45,699 bases of DNA from Octopus sinensis (Eukaryota). Below are positions 22,801 through 34,559 of this stretch, piece by piece (the stretch's first letter is position 1; each line of letters starts with the position of its first letter). The DNA lies in NCBI RefSeq assembly GCF_006345805.1, contig NW_021835497.1, positions 1-45,699 on the forward strand, read 5' to 3'. A program made the translations under genes and the position numbers. The notes beneath the pieces were generated by a model. It was not told where the DNA came from, searched no databases, and saw only the letters and a list, made by a program, of their open reading frames with translations.

Positions 22801-22978
22801 ACACACATAGAAATGTATATACACACAGACATGTACATATGTGTATATCCATCTATATATACATACACAAAGATGTATACACACACACACACGAGGAGGC
22901 AATGCCTACTACTCCCGGATATATTATAAGTATCCTCTTAACTGTTGCCATATCTTCATTGCTGTTCGAGCGAAGCAG

Positions 22979-23044
22979 ACTCACAGGATATTTCTGAGAC
23001 AGAAAGACTTCAAGCCAGTATCAAAAAACCCATAACCAACCCTG
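22979..23044 (+). other. Candidate internal exon of an unidentified plus-strand host gene (5' boundary uncertain: 22971, 22979 or 22987)
   Basis: Branch-like CTTAAC at 22937-22942, several AG acceptors, open frame ...SQDISETERLQASIKKPITNP and donor CTG|GTAAAT at 23044/23045, in non-repetitive sequence. Confidence 0.35.
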
Positions 23045-23473
23045 GTAAATAATATTCTTCTCCTATTTATTTAACACACAATTTACCACCACATTTACAT
23101 TGCTAAACATTCATTAGACTTATTTCAAACATAAATATACTGTTATATAGATATTGTTTTATTTGCACACACCATTTTATAGACTAAACATTGTTTAAAC
23201 ATTTTGCAGTGTCACATCACAAGTAAAACCTTTCATTTCCAGAATATAATATAAAGTATGGTTTGGTTATAACTGTCAAAACTATTTGATGGAAATGTTC
23301 ATCTAAGGATACATCATTTTACGTAGTTTAAAGTGGATTTCTAAGTCTCAAGTGAAATTTAAAATTTGCAAATTAATTTCATGGCAGATAAATTAATTGG
23401 CTGTTTTTCATAAACTTAATTTTTTAAAAGCTTAGTCAAGAACGGCCCTGCATATAACCCTTTCTTTTTCTAG

Positions 23474-23487
23474 GGTCTTCGACAGTG
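23474..23487 (+). other. Candidate 14-nt microexon
   Basis: CCCTTTCTTTTTCTAG|GGTCTTCGACAGTG|GTAAGT: long pyrimidine tract, TAG acceptor and consensus donor. Confidence 0.45.
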
Positions 23488-23699
23488 GTAAGTGGGAGAA
23501 AGACATTCTCAAAACAAGGGGCCTAAAGTGATTGCAGACAAAAGAGAAATCCTCTGCTAAAAGCAGCTCAGGGGCCAGCTTTTGGTGTGAAATTTGGTGA
23601 TAGATTTAGTCTGCAACATAGGGTGGCCACAATGGGATTTGAACTCAGTTCATAATGAACCACATTACCTACTGGTAGGCATCGTGTCCAGTATTTAAT

Positions 23700-23825
23700 T
23701 CTACCACCTCAAACTAGTATTTAAATTATTGACCCCTGCATAATAAAAGTCAAAGTTGACCATGCCAGAATTTGAACCCAGAACACAATTGTCAGTACTA
23801 ATACCATTCTAACGACTCTACTAAT
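23700..23825 (-). mobile_element. SINE family B fragment
   Basis: TTATTGACCCC...AAAGTCAAAGTTGACC...GAATTTGAACCCAGAAC...CTAACGACTCT is the reverse complement of the family B body. Confidence 0.6.
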
Positions 23826-24758
23826 GAATGTTTTAAACTGATTTTTTATTTCAATATTAAACTTTGTATATAAATGGAATTGTTCTGGTGATTTCATTTC
23901 CATTTTATATCTTGAAGCAAACAAGAAGAATTGTTTAAATATTAAACAATTGGTGACAACATATATTTTCTCTCTCAGCACATCTTTATCCTACATCAAC
24001 ATTTTAATGTGCAATGCATTAATATGTTTTCTCACCATCTTTGATATTATTTATCAGATGGATGGCTTCTGAGAATTATTTCAAATTGTCTGCATTTATT
24101 ATAAACTCTTACAAACTAACAACAAAGTCCCTAAAATGCCCCTAAAAACATATTCAATCATGACAACTTATGGGAGGGTCATGGTTAGAAAGTTTTGACT
24201 ATAGCATTGCTAGACAAGAATTAACTTTCAGGTAAAAATCAAAAATGGAAATCATAGTTTTAATATATTTTAAACAAATGTATTTCTTTCATTTTAGATA
24301 TATTTACTGTTTATAAAAATAATTTTAATGATTCAATATTTCAACTTTATAAATTGTATTTCGGAATTATGAAAGTTAAACATCCTATTAAATTTAAAAA
24401 GATTGTATTTTTAATATATTTTTACAAATTACATTTAAATATTGTATTTTTAATAATAATAATCTATGTTATAAATTTGTATATTTCTTTAAGTTAACCA
24501 AGAGAATTGTCTAAAAATTAAACAATTCCAAGGTAACATCAGATATACCAATGAACATGCACCTGTGTATAATGTAATTAATCATTTGTTATTACCTGGC
24601 CAAGGTACGACCTGGTTATGTTTCTCTAATGATGCTCTCTCAAGCAATAATATATTCATAGAAATCAAACAGTTAAACAAGTGAACTTATTCATGTAAAA
24701 AGGGGTCAGTTGGCAAAGGCATTCACACATTTTACTAAAATTTTGGTTCAATTTCGAT

Positions 24759-24992
<234 letters not shown>

Positions 24993-25002
24993 CTTTTATA
25001 TA

Positions 25003-25102
25003 TAAATTAATCAAAATAAAAGCATGATGCCAAGGATTCAGCGGTACATATGTTTCGGGCCTTTATTAGACAGATTTATAATAATGCATAATGTATGTCT
25101 GT
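25003..25102 (-). mobile_element. Second copy of the PLE end seen at 2101-2203 (3' half of the hammerhead)
   Basis: Minus strand CAGACATACATTATGCATTATTATAAATCTGTCTAATAAAGGCCCGAAACATATGTACCGCTGAATCCTTGGCATCATG matches 2102-2178. Confidence 0.75.
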
Positions 25103-25283
25103 TTTTTCGGTATGCGGTCAAGCAACCTGTTTGCCTGTCCCTTTTTCTTATATACAATATATATACTGAACTTTACAGAAGTTCCTGCCGGTAATCGGCT
25201 ATATTTACATACCGAATTGTACCAGTAAATAATTGGGGTTTTTTTAAAAGCCTTTATAGAAATTATTTACTCTTATTATTATT

Positions 25284-25338
<55 letters not shown>

Positions 25339-25339
25339 G

Positions 25340-25555
25340 TGTGTGTGTATATGTTTGTGCTTATGTTTGTCCCCCAGCTTCGCTTGACAACCGATTTTGA
25401 TGTTTGCGTCCCTGTATCTTAGCGATTTGGCAAAAGAGACTGATAGAATAAGTATTGGGCAAAACAAAGAATAAGAACTGGGGTCCATTTATATTTGACT
25501 ACAGGTGGTGCTCCAGCATGGCTGCAGTCAATTGACTGAAACAAATAAAGGAATA
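25340..25555 (+). mobile_element. SINE family A, 3' half
   Basis: GCTTGACAACCG...GGCAAAAGAGACTGATAGAATAAGT...GGTGCTCCAGCATGGCTGCAGTC. Confidence 0.8.
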
Positions 25556-25568
25556 CAATATATACATA

Positions 25569-28500
25569 TATAAAGTCTTCTGGCAGGGTAACATGGATGG
25601 GGTAGGGGGTGTAGGCATTCTCCTTGCGGAGAAATGGGTGGATAAGGTCATAGAGGTTGTCAGGGTTTGGGACAGAGTGCTTAAGCTCAGGTTAGTCCTA
25701 CAGAGTGGCACAGCTACGATTATCTCCGCCTATGCCCCACAAGCGGGCCTACCAAATGATCAGAAGGACCACTTTTATGATACCCTTCTACAGGCTACCT
25801 CAAAAACTAGTGGCAAGGACCTCATCTTTGTGGGTGGAGACTTTAATGGGCATGTTGGGCGGGAATCGGGTATCTTCACTGGGGTTCACGGTGGCCATGG
25901 TATTGGCTCCAGAAATGAGGAGGGAACTAGACTACTGGAATTCTGTGATGCATGTAACCTTTTAATCTGCAACACTAACTTCAGGAAGCCTGACTGCCAC
26001 CTTATAACCTATCAGTCAGGGGACTCCGCTAGCCAAATAGACTTCATCCTCACCAGACAGCGGGATGCAGGGTCGCTCTTAAATACAAAGACCCTCCCGG
26101 GTGAAGAGTGTATCCCTCAGCATAGGCTAATAATTAGTGACTTTAGGCTTGAGGCCAGAAGGACTCCAAGAAACAGACCAATCCAGAAAAGAAGGATTTG
26201 GAAGCTAAAGAACCCTTCACATGGTCAGAGATTTAGGGACATCCTCATCAAGAAATTTGATGAGAGGGAGGAGGAGCTACAGACGTCGGACATAGAAGGT
26301 AGCTGGAAATTCCTACGGGACAGCTTGCTGAGTGCCACAGACCAAGTCTGTGGATGGTGCAAAGTTCCTTCCAGACCTAGAGTTACGTGGTGGTGGAATA
26401 GTGCAGTAGACAAAGCCATTAGTTCTAAGAAACAGGCCTGGAGAGCCTGGAGGGATGGGGGTAGCAGGGAACCGTACCAAGTAGCCAAAAGGGAGGCCGG
26501 GCGGCAGGTATACATAGCCAAAGATATAGCAGAAAAGAAGAAGTTTGCCAATGTCCAGCGACGTGAGGACCAAAGAACTGAGGTATTTCGTATTGCTAGA
26601 CAGTGTGTGAGAGAAAATAGTGATGTTACAGGAGAGAAATGTGTCCGCATGGATGATGGGGCACTTGCCTTTAATGTTGGTGAAAAGAAAGAGGCTTGGA
26701 GAAGCCATTATGAAAGACTGTTGAATGTGGAGAATGAATGAGAGGAGGAGAGCCTGCCAAATGTTGACCCAGTAGAGGGACCAGCTATCCGAATAGACGG
26801 CTCCCTAGTAGATAAAGCAATTAAGGATATGAAACTGGGTAAAGCCCCCGGCCCATCATGAATCACTGCTGAGATGCTTAAAACAGCTGGTTATGTGGGC
26901 TATGGCCTAGTCACCCGCATTGTTAACCAGGTAGTTCACAATGGAGTCATACCCAATGACTGGCGTAGCAGCACCATAGTCAACTGCTACAAGGGTAAGG
27001 GTGATGCTCTAGATAGAAATAACTACAGGGGTATTAAACTGTTGGATCAGGTGATGAAGACCACAGAGAGGGTCATAACCCATCTCATTAGGGAGAGAAT
27101 TTGCTTAGATGAGATGCAGTTCGGTTTTGTGCCAGGTAGAAGCACCACTGATGCTATATTCCTGGTCTGACAACTGCAGGAGAAGTACCTAGCTAAAGAT
27201 AAACCCCTCTACATAGCTTTTGTGGACTTGGAGAAAGCCTTTGACAGGGTTCCCCGATCCCTTATCTGGTGGTCGATGCGGAAACTGTTGATTGACGAAT
27301 GGCTAATAAGGGCTGTACAGGCTATATACAGAGAGGCTGTCAGCAAGGTTAGGATTGGCAACGAATATAGTGAAGAATTCCGGGTAGAAGTAGGTGTACA
27401 TCAGGGCTCAGCCCTCAGTCCCCTTTTATTCATCATAGTCCTCCAGGCAATAACAAAGGAATTCAAAACAGGTTGCCCCTGGGAGCTCCCCTATGCTGAT
27501 GACCTGGCCCTCATAGCAGAATCACTACCGGAACTAAAAAAGACATTTCGGATGTGGAAACAAGGGTTAGAATCTAAGGGCCTTAGAGTAAATGTAGCGA
27601 AGACCAAAGTTATAGTATGCAGAAAGGCGAACTCAGCACACCCCCCATCGGGCAGGTGGCCCTGCTCGAGCTGTAGGAAAGGTGTAGGTAGAAACTCCAT
27701 AAGATGCACCCAGTGTAAGCTATGGACGCATAAGAGGTGCAGCAACATCAAAGGGAAATTAACTGATAAGATAGCTTTCATGTGCGGCAGATGCACAGGG
27801 ACAATAGACACCACAGACACTCAAAAAACAGATTCCATCACACTCCAGGGGGATAAACTAGAAGTAGTTGATAGTTTCCGCTACCTGGGTGACCAAGTTA
27901 GTAGTGGGGGTGGATGCTCAGAGAGTGTCACCACTAGAATACGAATAGCCTGGGCAAAGTTTAGAAAGCTCCTACCCCTACTGGCGACAAAGGGTCTCCT
28001 ACTCAGAGTGAAAGGTAGATTGTATGATGCATGTGTGCGAACTGCCATGCTTCACGGCAGTGAAACATGGGCCGTGACTGCAGAGGACATGCGTAGACTT
28101 GAAAGAAATGAAGCTAGCATGATCCGCTGGATGTGTAATGTCAGTGTGAATGCACGACAGAGTGTAAGCACCCTGAGAGAAATGCTAGGCATAAGAAGCA
28201 TCAGATGCGGTGTGCAAGAGCGACGCTTGCGATGGTATGGTCATGTACTGCGGATGGATGAGGAGAGATGTGTGAAGAAGTGCCACTCCCGAACAGTTGA
28301 AGGAATCAGGGGGAGAGGTAGACCCAGGAAGACATGGGATAGTCAAGCATGACCTCAGAGCGTTGGGCCTCACTGAGGCAATGGCCAAGGACCGAGACCT
28401 CTGGAGATGTGCTGTGACTACTAAGACCCGGGATGCTCCTGGCACCAGTTCCGCATACCCCCTGCCCATCCAAAGTACCTTGGATCCTGGAACATCTCGC

Positions 28501-29254
28501 TGTGCTTGAGGAGACCTGTCGAGTCAAGTGCATATACATGAACATCGAATCAAATATCAATGGAAACAGTAGTTGTGATACCTGTGCCGGTGACACATAA
28601 AAAGCACCATCCGAACGTGGCCGTTGCCAGTGCAGCCTCCACTGCCTTCTGTGCCGGTGACACATAAAAAGCACCATCCGAACGAGACCGATGCCAACCC
28701 CGCCACGAATGGCTTCTGTGCCGGTGGCACATAAAAAGCAACATCCAAACGTGGCCGATGCCAGCACCGCCCCGACTGGCTTCTGTGTCGGTGGCACATA
28801 AAAAGCACCAACCGATTGTGGGATCCCGGAACATCTCGATGTGCTTGAGGAGACCTGTTGAGTCAAGTGCATGTACATGAACATCGAACCAAATATCAAT
28901 GGAAACAGTAGTAGTTGTGATACCTGTGCCGGTGACACATAAAAAGCACCATCCGAATGTGGCCGTTGCCAGTGCAGCCTCCTCTGGCTTCTGTGCTGGT
29001 AGCACAAAAAAAAAAAAAAAAAAAGCACCAACTGATCGTGGCCGATGCCAGACCCCTCTGGCACCTGTGCAGGTGGCACGTAAAAAGCACCCACTACACT
29101 CGCGGAGTGGCTGGCGTTAGGAAGGGCATCCAGCTGTAGAAACACTGCCAGATCAGACTGGAGCCTGGGGCAGCCTCTGGCTCCCCAGACCCCGGTCGAA
29201 CCGTCCAAACCGTGCTAGCGCGGAAAACGGACGTTAAACGATGATGATGATGAT
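25569..29254 (+). mobile_element. 5'-truncated, decayed RTE-type LINE: APE, RT with an internal PHD-type zinc finger, repetitive 3' UTR and (GAT)n tail
   Basis: APE motifs GVGILL, IISAYAPQ, GDFNGHVG, SQIDFIL and QHRLII. RT motifs KAPGP, NYRGIKLL, QFGFVPGRST, DLEKAFD, GVHQGS, YADD and FRYLG, then LRWYGHVLRM and RGRPRKTW. In-frame TGA stops near 26739, 26858 and 27168, and a late frameshift near 28340. The 3' UTR has GTGCCGGTGGCACRTAAAAAGCACC repeats and ends ACGTTAAAC(GAT)5. Confidence 0.93.
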
Positions 29255-29349
29255 ACACAACATATATATATATATATTATGAGAGACAACGTAAAGGGGG
29301 AGTGGTAATGTGGGAAGTGACAAGAATTAGAAGCAGTGGGGCAAGGGCA

Positions 29350-29700
29350 CAAGAGTGGCTGTGTGGTAAGAAGCATGCTTGCTAACCACATGGCTCTGGG
29401 TTCAGTCCCATTGCATGGCACATTGGTCAAATCAAAACCTTGTGAGTGGATCTGTTAGACGGAAACTGAAAGAAGCCCATCAGATATATTTATGTGTCTC
29501 TGCTTCTCCCACCAACAGAGCTTGGCAACCAATATTGGTATGTTTACATCCCTGTAACTTAGCAATTTGGCTAAAGAGACCAATAGAATAAGTATTGGTC
29601 TTAGAAAGAATAAGTCCTGAGGTTGATTTGTTTGACTAAAGGCAGTGCTCCAGCATGGCCACACTCAAATAACTGAAGCAGGTACAAGAATAAAAGAATA
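29350..29700 (+). mobile_element. SINE family A copy
   Basis: GAGTGGCTGTGTGGTAAG head to GCTCCAGCATGGCC...AAGAATAAAAGAATA tail. Confidence 0.85.
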
Positions 29701-29724
29701 TATATATATACACATGGCCTTACT

Positions 29725-30041
29725 TGTGCCTGGGCTAGTAGGGTGCTAAGAGCACCATCCAAGCGTGATCGTTGACAGAGTGGTTAACTGGCTTCCGTGT
29801 CAGTGGCACGTAAAAGACAGCATTTGAGTGAGGTCGTTGCCAGTACCGCCTGACTGGCATGTAAAATGCACCCACTACACTCTCGGAGTGGTTGGCATTA
29901 GGAAGGGCATCCAGCTGTAGAAACTCTGCCAGATCAAGATTGGAGCCTGGTGCAGCCATCTGGTTTGCCAGCCCACAGTCAAAATCGTCCAACCCATGCT
30001 AGCATGGAAGGTAGACGTTAAACGATGATGATGATGATGAT
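29725..30041 (+). mobile_element. RTE 3'-end fragment with (GAT)n tail
   Basis: GCACCCACTACACTCTCGGAGTGGTTGGCATTAGGAAGGGCATCCAGCTGTAGAAAC...GTTAAAC(GAT)6. Confidence 0.9.
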
Positions 30042-30159
30042 ACACAATATATATATATTATATATATACATATGTATATATATATACATATATATACATA
30101 TATATATATATTATATATACAATATATATAACATATATATATATATATATATATATTAT

Positions 30160-30484
30160 TAAAGACTCCGCCGGTTACGACGACGAGGGTCCCAGCTGAT
30201 ACGATCAATGGAACAGCTTGCTCGTGAAATTAACGTGCAAATGGCTGAGCATTCCACAGACACGTGTACCCTTAACGTAGTTCTCGGGGATAATCAGCGT
30301 GACACAGAGAGTGACAAGGCTGACCCTTTGAAATACAAGTACAACTCATTTTTGCCAGCTGAGTGGACTGGAGAAACGTGAAATAAAGTGTCTTGCTCAA
30401 GGACACAACGCGTCGCCGGGAATCGAACTCACAACCTTACGATCATGAGCCGAATGCCCTAACCACTAAGCCACGCGCCCTCAC
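30160..30484 (-). mobile_element. tRNA-derived SINE, family C, apparently full length
   Basis: Minus strand: A box TGGCTTAGTGG, anticodon-like loop CTCATGA, B box GAGTTCGATTCC, then GTGTCCTTGAGCAAGACAC central motif and a distinct tail ending CCCTCGTCGTCGTAACCGGCGGAGTC. Confidence 0.8.
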
Positions 30485-30522
<38 letters not shown>

Positions 30523-30707
30523 TAATATATATATGTTTATGTAAAAGAAGGGAAATGAAATGTTGAAGTTGATATTTAAAAGGAGACAGTGAATGAGAGA
30601 GAGAGAGAGAGATGAAAGTAAAAGGGGACATATGAAGGATATAAAATAGGAAAAGTATGGTTGTTGTTGTTATTGTTTCTTATGATGATGATGATGATGA
30701 TGATGTA

Positions 30708-31410
30708 GGTGGTGAGCTGGCAGAACAGTTAGCATGCTGGGCAAAATGCTTGGCAGCATTTTGGTTGTCTTTACGTTCTGAGTTCAAATGTTACTGATGT
30801 CAACTTCCATTCTTTCAGGGTCGATAAAATAAGTACCTTTCGAGTTCTGGGGTCGCTGTAATCAACTTACCTGCTCCCCTGAAACTGCTGGCCTTGTGCT
30901 AAAATTTGAAGCCATTCTTATTATTATTAATATTATGATGACTCGTTTGCCGCTACAGTCTGAGTTCAAATTCCACCAAGGTCGACTTTGCCTTTCTTCC
31001 TTTTGGGGTCAATTCAATAAGTACCAGTTACACACTGGAGTTGTGCAACTGGTACTTATTCCACCAAATTCCACAAGGTCGACTTTGCCTCTCATCCTTT
31101 TTCTGATTGATAAAATAAGAACCAGTTAGGGGCTGGGTCTGATGTAATCAACTAGTCCCCTCACCCGAAATTTCAGGCCTTCTTCCTATAGTAAGAAAGG
31201 ATTATTATTATTATTATTATTACTGTGACAAGCCGGCAGAATTATGTGAATGCAAAGCAGAATTTTGACCGTCTTTACATTCTGAGTTCAAATTCCACCA
31301 AGGTTGACTTCGCCTTTCATCCTTTTGGGATTGATAAATTAAGTTCTAGCTGAGTACTGGCGCCCCTTTCCTTGAAATTGCTGGCCTTGTGCAAAAATTT
31401 AAAATCAGTT
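30708..31410 (+). mobile_element. Cluster of three family B SINE copies or fragments
   Basis: GGTGAGCTGGCAGAA at 30711, and repeated TCTGAGTTCAAAT...GACTTTGCCTTTC...GGGGTC.ATAAAATAAGTAC at ~30778, 30959 and 31281. Confidence 0.8.
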
Positions 31411-31419
31411 TTATTATAA

Positions 31420-31660
31420 TAGAAATATCGTAAAAAATAGGGATTTTCATAGAAAAAAAGCACCTTTTTGATGTAAATAACTTTTGGTGTTAACATGGTC
31501 CAATTTGAATTTCTTCTTCTACGGAAGGAAGAGCAAACCTTCTTCTATCATACTCTCAATTTTAGTCAACTTGCGCCGCAGGGTCTCGGAGGAGACAGTG
31601 TTAGTTGAAGGCTAACAAACCTGCCATACACAGACAACTTCAACTTTATATAGAGAGAGA
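31420..31660 (-). mobile_element. Helitron-like non-autonomous fragment, 5' end
   Basis: ...CATACACAGACAACTTCAACTTTATATAGAGAGAGA|T gives A|TC on the minus strand, the same terminal layout as 9230-9472. Confidence 0.4.
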
Positions 31661-32065
31661 TAATTAGGGTTCAGCTAACTGCTTCACCATATCCCGAAAT
31701 TAGAAATGGGAGTTAAAAATTCCTTTTCTACTACTATAAGAATCTCCATGATGGTAAACATACTTTTTTACGAAGGCACAGAGAAAGACAATGAATCAAC
31801 ATGACCAGAATTAATTATATTTGTGTTTCGAGATTAAAGTAATTTGAATTTTACTTACTTCTCTCTTCAGTATAATATTTCCAATTTTTATACAGTTTCA
31901 AAGTGCTATGACTGAATATGTACACAATCGAGCCTAATTATAATTAAATGGATAATTTTACCTATAAAGGTAATTTTAACTTACCGATCTACTTGGTAAA
32001 ATTGTTAATTAATTGATTAATTAATTAATTAAATTACTGTGCTAACGGGGTGCAAAGATCACCAT

Positions 32066-32398
32066 ACGAGTGTGGTCGCTGACAGAGTGGCCAACCGGCT
32101 TCTTTGCCAGTGGCACATAAAAGGCACCATTCAAGTGTGATCGTTACCAGCGTCGGCTTACTGGCACTCAAGCCCTGTGCTAGTAGGGTGTTAAGGGCAC
32201 CATCCGAGCATGATCGTTGCCAGAGCGGCTATCTGGCCTCCATGCCAATGGCATGTAAAACACACCATTCGAGTGTGATCGTTACAGCATTGCCTTACTG
32301 GCACCTATACCAGTGGCATGTGTAAAAGATTCGAGCGAGGTCATTGCCAGTACTGCCTGACTGTCCCCGTGCCAGTGGCATGTAAAAGCACCCACTAC
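32066..32398 (+). mobile_element. RTE 3'-UTR tandem-repeat fragment
   Basis: Repeated GCCAGTGGCAYRTAAAA.GCACC units. Confidence 0.75.
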
Positions 32399-32521
32399 AG
32401 TTGGGTGCTGGGGTTGATGTAATCGACTAGACCCCACACCCAAAATTTCAGGCCTTGTGCCTATAGTAGAAAGGATTATTATTATTATTACTATCTTCAA
32501 AATATCACCAAAAAAAGATGG

Positions 32522-33000
32522 GGGCATGGCTGTATGGTTAAGAAATTCACTTCACAACCTTGTGGTCTCAGGTTCAGTCCCACTTTGCAGCACCTTAAAG
32601 AATTAACTTCTTCTAATGTTCCAGGTTGACTCAAGCCTTGTGAATGGGTTTCGTACATGGAACTGATAAATCCTATGGTATATATATGTGGGTGTGTATA
32701 TTCATGTGTGCGTATCTACATTTGTACTTGTATGTGTGTGTGTGTGTGCGTGTGTGTGTGTGCGTGTGTGTGTGTGTGTGTGTGTTTGTGTGTGTGCGTA
32801 TGTCTGCTCATGTCTCCTTGTCTTGACATCTGCTGCGAATTATAAACAAATGTCACGTCACACAAACAGTGTCGTTTGTTTGCAGTGTTCCACCAGAAAA
32901 CATATCCAACCATTGTGCTGTTCATGTTGGAAGAACTTGGGGAAATATTCTCTTGCTTGAAGCCAGGTGAGGATTGGTGACCCTCATCGAGTGTAGTCAT
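32522..33000 (+). mobile_element. SINE with a family A head, (TG)n middle and a different 3' body
   Basis: GGCATGGCTGTATGGTTAAG...GGTTCAGTCCC head, then (TG)n, then TGTCTCCTTGTCTTGACATC...GGGGAAATATT...CAGGTGAGG instead of the family A tail. Confidence 0.6.
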
Positions 33001-33745
33001 AGACTTGACTGAGTGGGACTCACAAGAACCTGGCAAGAAACAAAACAAAATTATGAGAGGGAAAATACAGAAAAGAAAATACATCATCTGATGTATTATA
33101 AAGGTTTTGACATCCATTTTCCCTAACTGGCATGCGTAGGACAGTTGACGAGGAAGTAGTGAACCAGAGGACATTGCTGAGCTCCAATGAAAGATTTGGC
33201 AAGATTTGGCAAGATTTCTACAGCTGGATGATCTTCTTAACACCAGATGCACACATACACGTGTGTGTGTGTGTGTTTATGCATGCATAAGAGTATATGA
33301 ATGCATAAACATGGGTTTACTTATGTTTTATTGCACATCTGATTTTGTATGCTAGCATGGGTTAGGTGAATATATTATTGTAGCCTTGTTTTACAGACAG
33401 ACAGCCTTCCTATTGCTCCCCCAAAACCATTTTGCAAGAACAAAAGTTCTTATTTCCCATGTCTTCCAAGGTGGGGGTGATTGGTTGACAGATGTTTCTG
33501 CTTGGAGCAACTTAAAAAGATTGCAAACATAAACAAATGCACAGACACCTACGCGCACACACACTCAGCTCGAGTTCACTGCTTCCTGTAGCAGAAACAG
33601 CTGGAAGCTAATGAAGGTGTCTACGTAACTCTTGTTCTTTTGTCGTTCATTGATTCATAGCTATAAACATACATAGACACAGATATTTGTACATGGGTGT
33701 GTGAAGGTATATATATGTATATATATACATATATATATATATATA

Positions 33746-34108
33746 TCATCATCATCATTTACCATCCGCTTTCCATGCTAGCATGGGTTGGACGGTTCAA
33801 ATGGGGTGTGGGAGGCCTGAAGGCTGCACCAGGCCCAGTCTGATCTGGCAAAGTTTCTACAGCTGGATGTCCTTCGTAACACCAACCACTCCGTGAGTGT
33901 AGTGGGTGCTTTTTATGTGCCACCGGCACGGGGGCCAGGCGATGCTGGCAATGGCCATGATCGGATGGTGCTTTTTATGTGCTACCAGCACGAAGGCCAG
34001 TCGGGCGGCGCTGGCAACGGTCACGTTCAGATGGTTCTTTTACATACCACCGGCACTGGTATCACAACTACAATTTCCATTGATGTTGATCGACTTGGAT
34101 TTTGATTT
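33746..34108 (-). mobile_element. RTE 3'-end fragment
   Basis: (ATC)n then CGCTTTCCATGCTAGCATGGGTTGGACGG...TTTCTACAGCTGGATG...GTGGGTGCTTTTTATGTGCCACCGGCAC. Confidence 0.85.
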
Positions 34109-34559
34109 TGATATATATATATAAATATTTAGCAGAAGTAACAAAGTGACCCAAGATCCAAAAGTTTCGTTTAATAGCATTTATCAAACTGGTTCTTTGG
34201 AGGTATATTCCCAGACCTCCAAAATCCAGTTTGATGAGTGTCAACTCTCGGACCTTGAGTCCCTACTGTCACGCCCCTATCACCCCTACCTCTATCTTTC
34301 ATCTCTCAACCACTCTCTCTTCTTCTTTTCACTCTACTATCTTACTGCTGTAACAAAGATTGGCAGTAAATCTCTTCTCTTCACCATTCTTCCAATGAAA
34401 CTAGGGATGTTACTGGACCTACCTGAGTCTCTCCCCAACACTCAGCCACTCCTTTTCATATATTTATTACCCTAGATCTCTCACACATCCCAAGGTATAT
34501 ATCAAACCCAGATATTGAGGGAAACCTTTAGTTTTGTCAAAGACATGGCCATCGTCTCT

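Noticed and set aside
33592-33624. Possible 25- or 33-nt exon (QKQLEANEGVY) after GCTTCCTGTAG
   Set aside because: The acceptor is plausible and the phase would fit the 23.5 kb microexon, but both donors are weak; needs RNA-seq.
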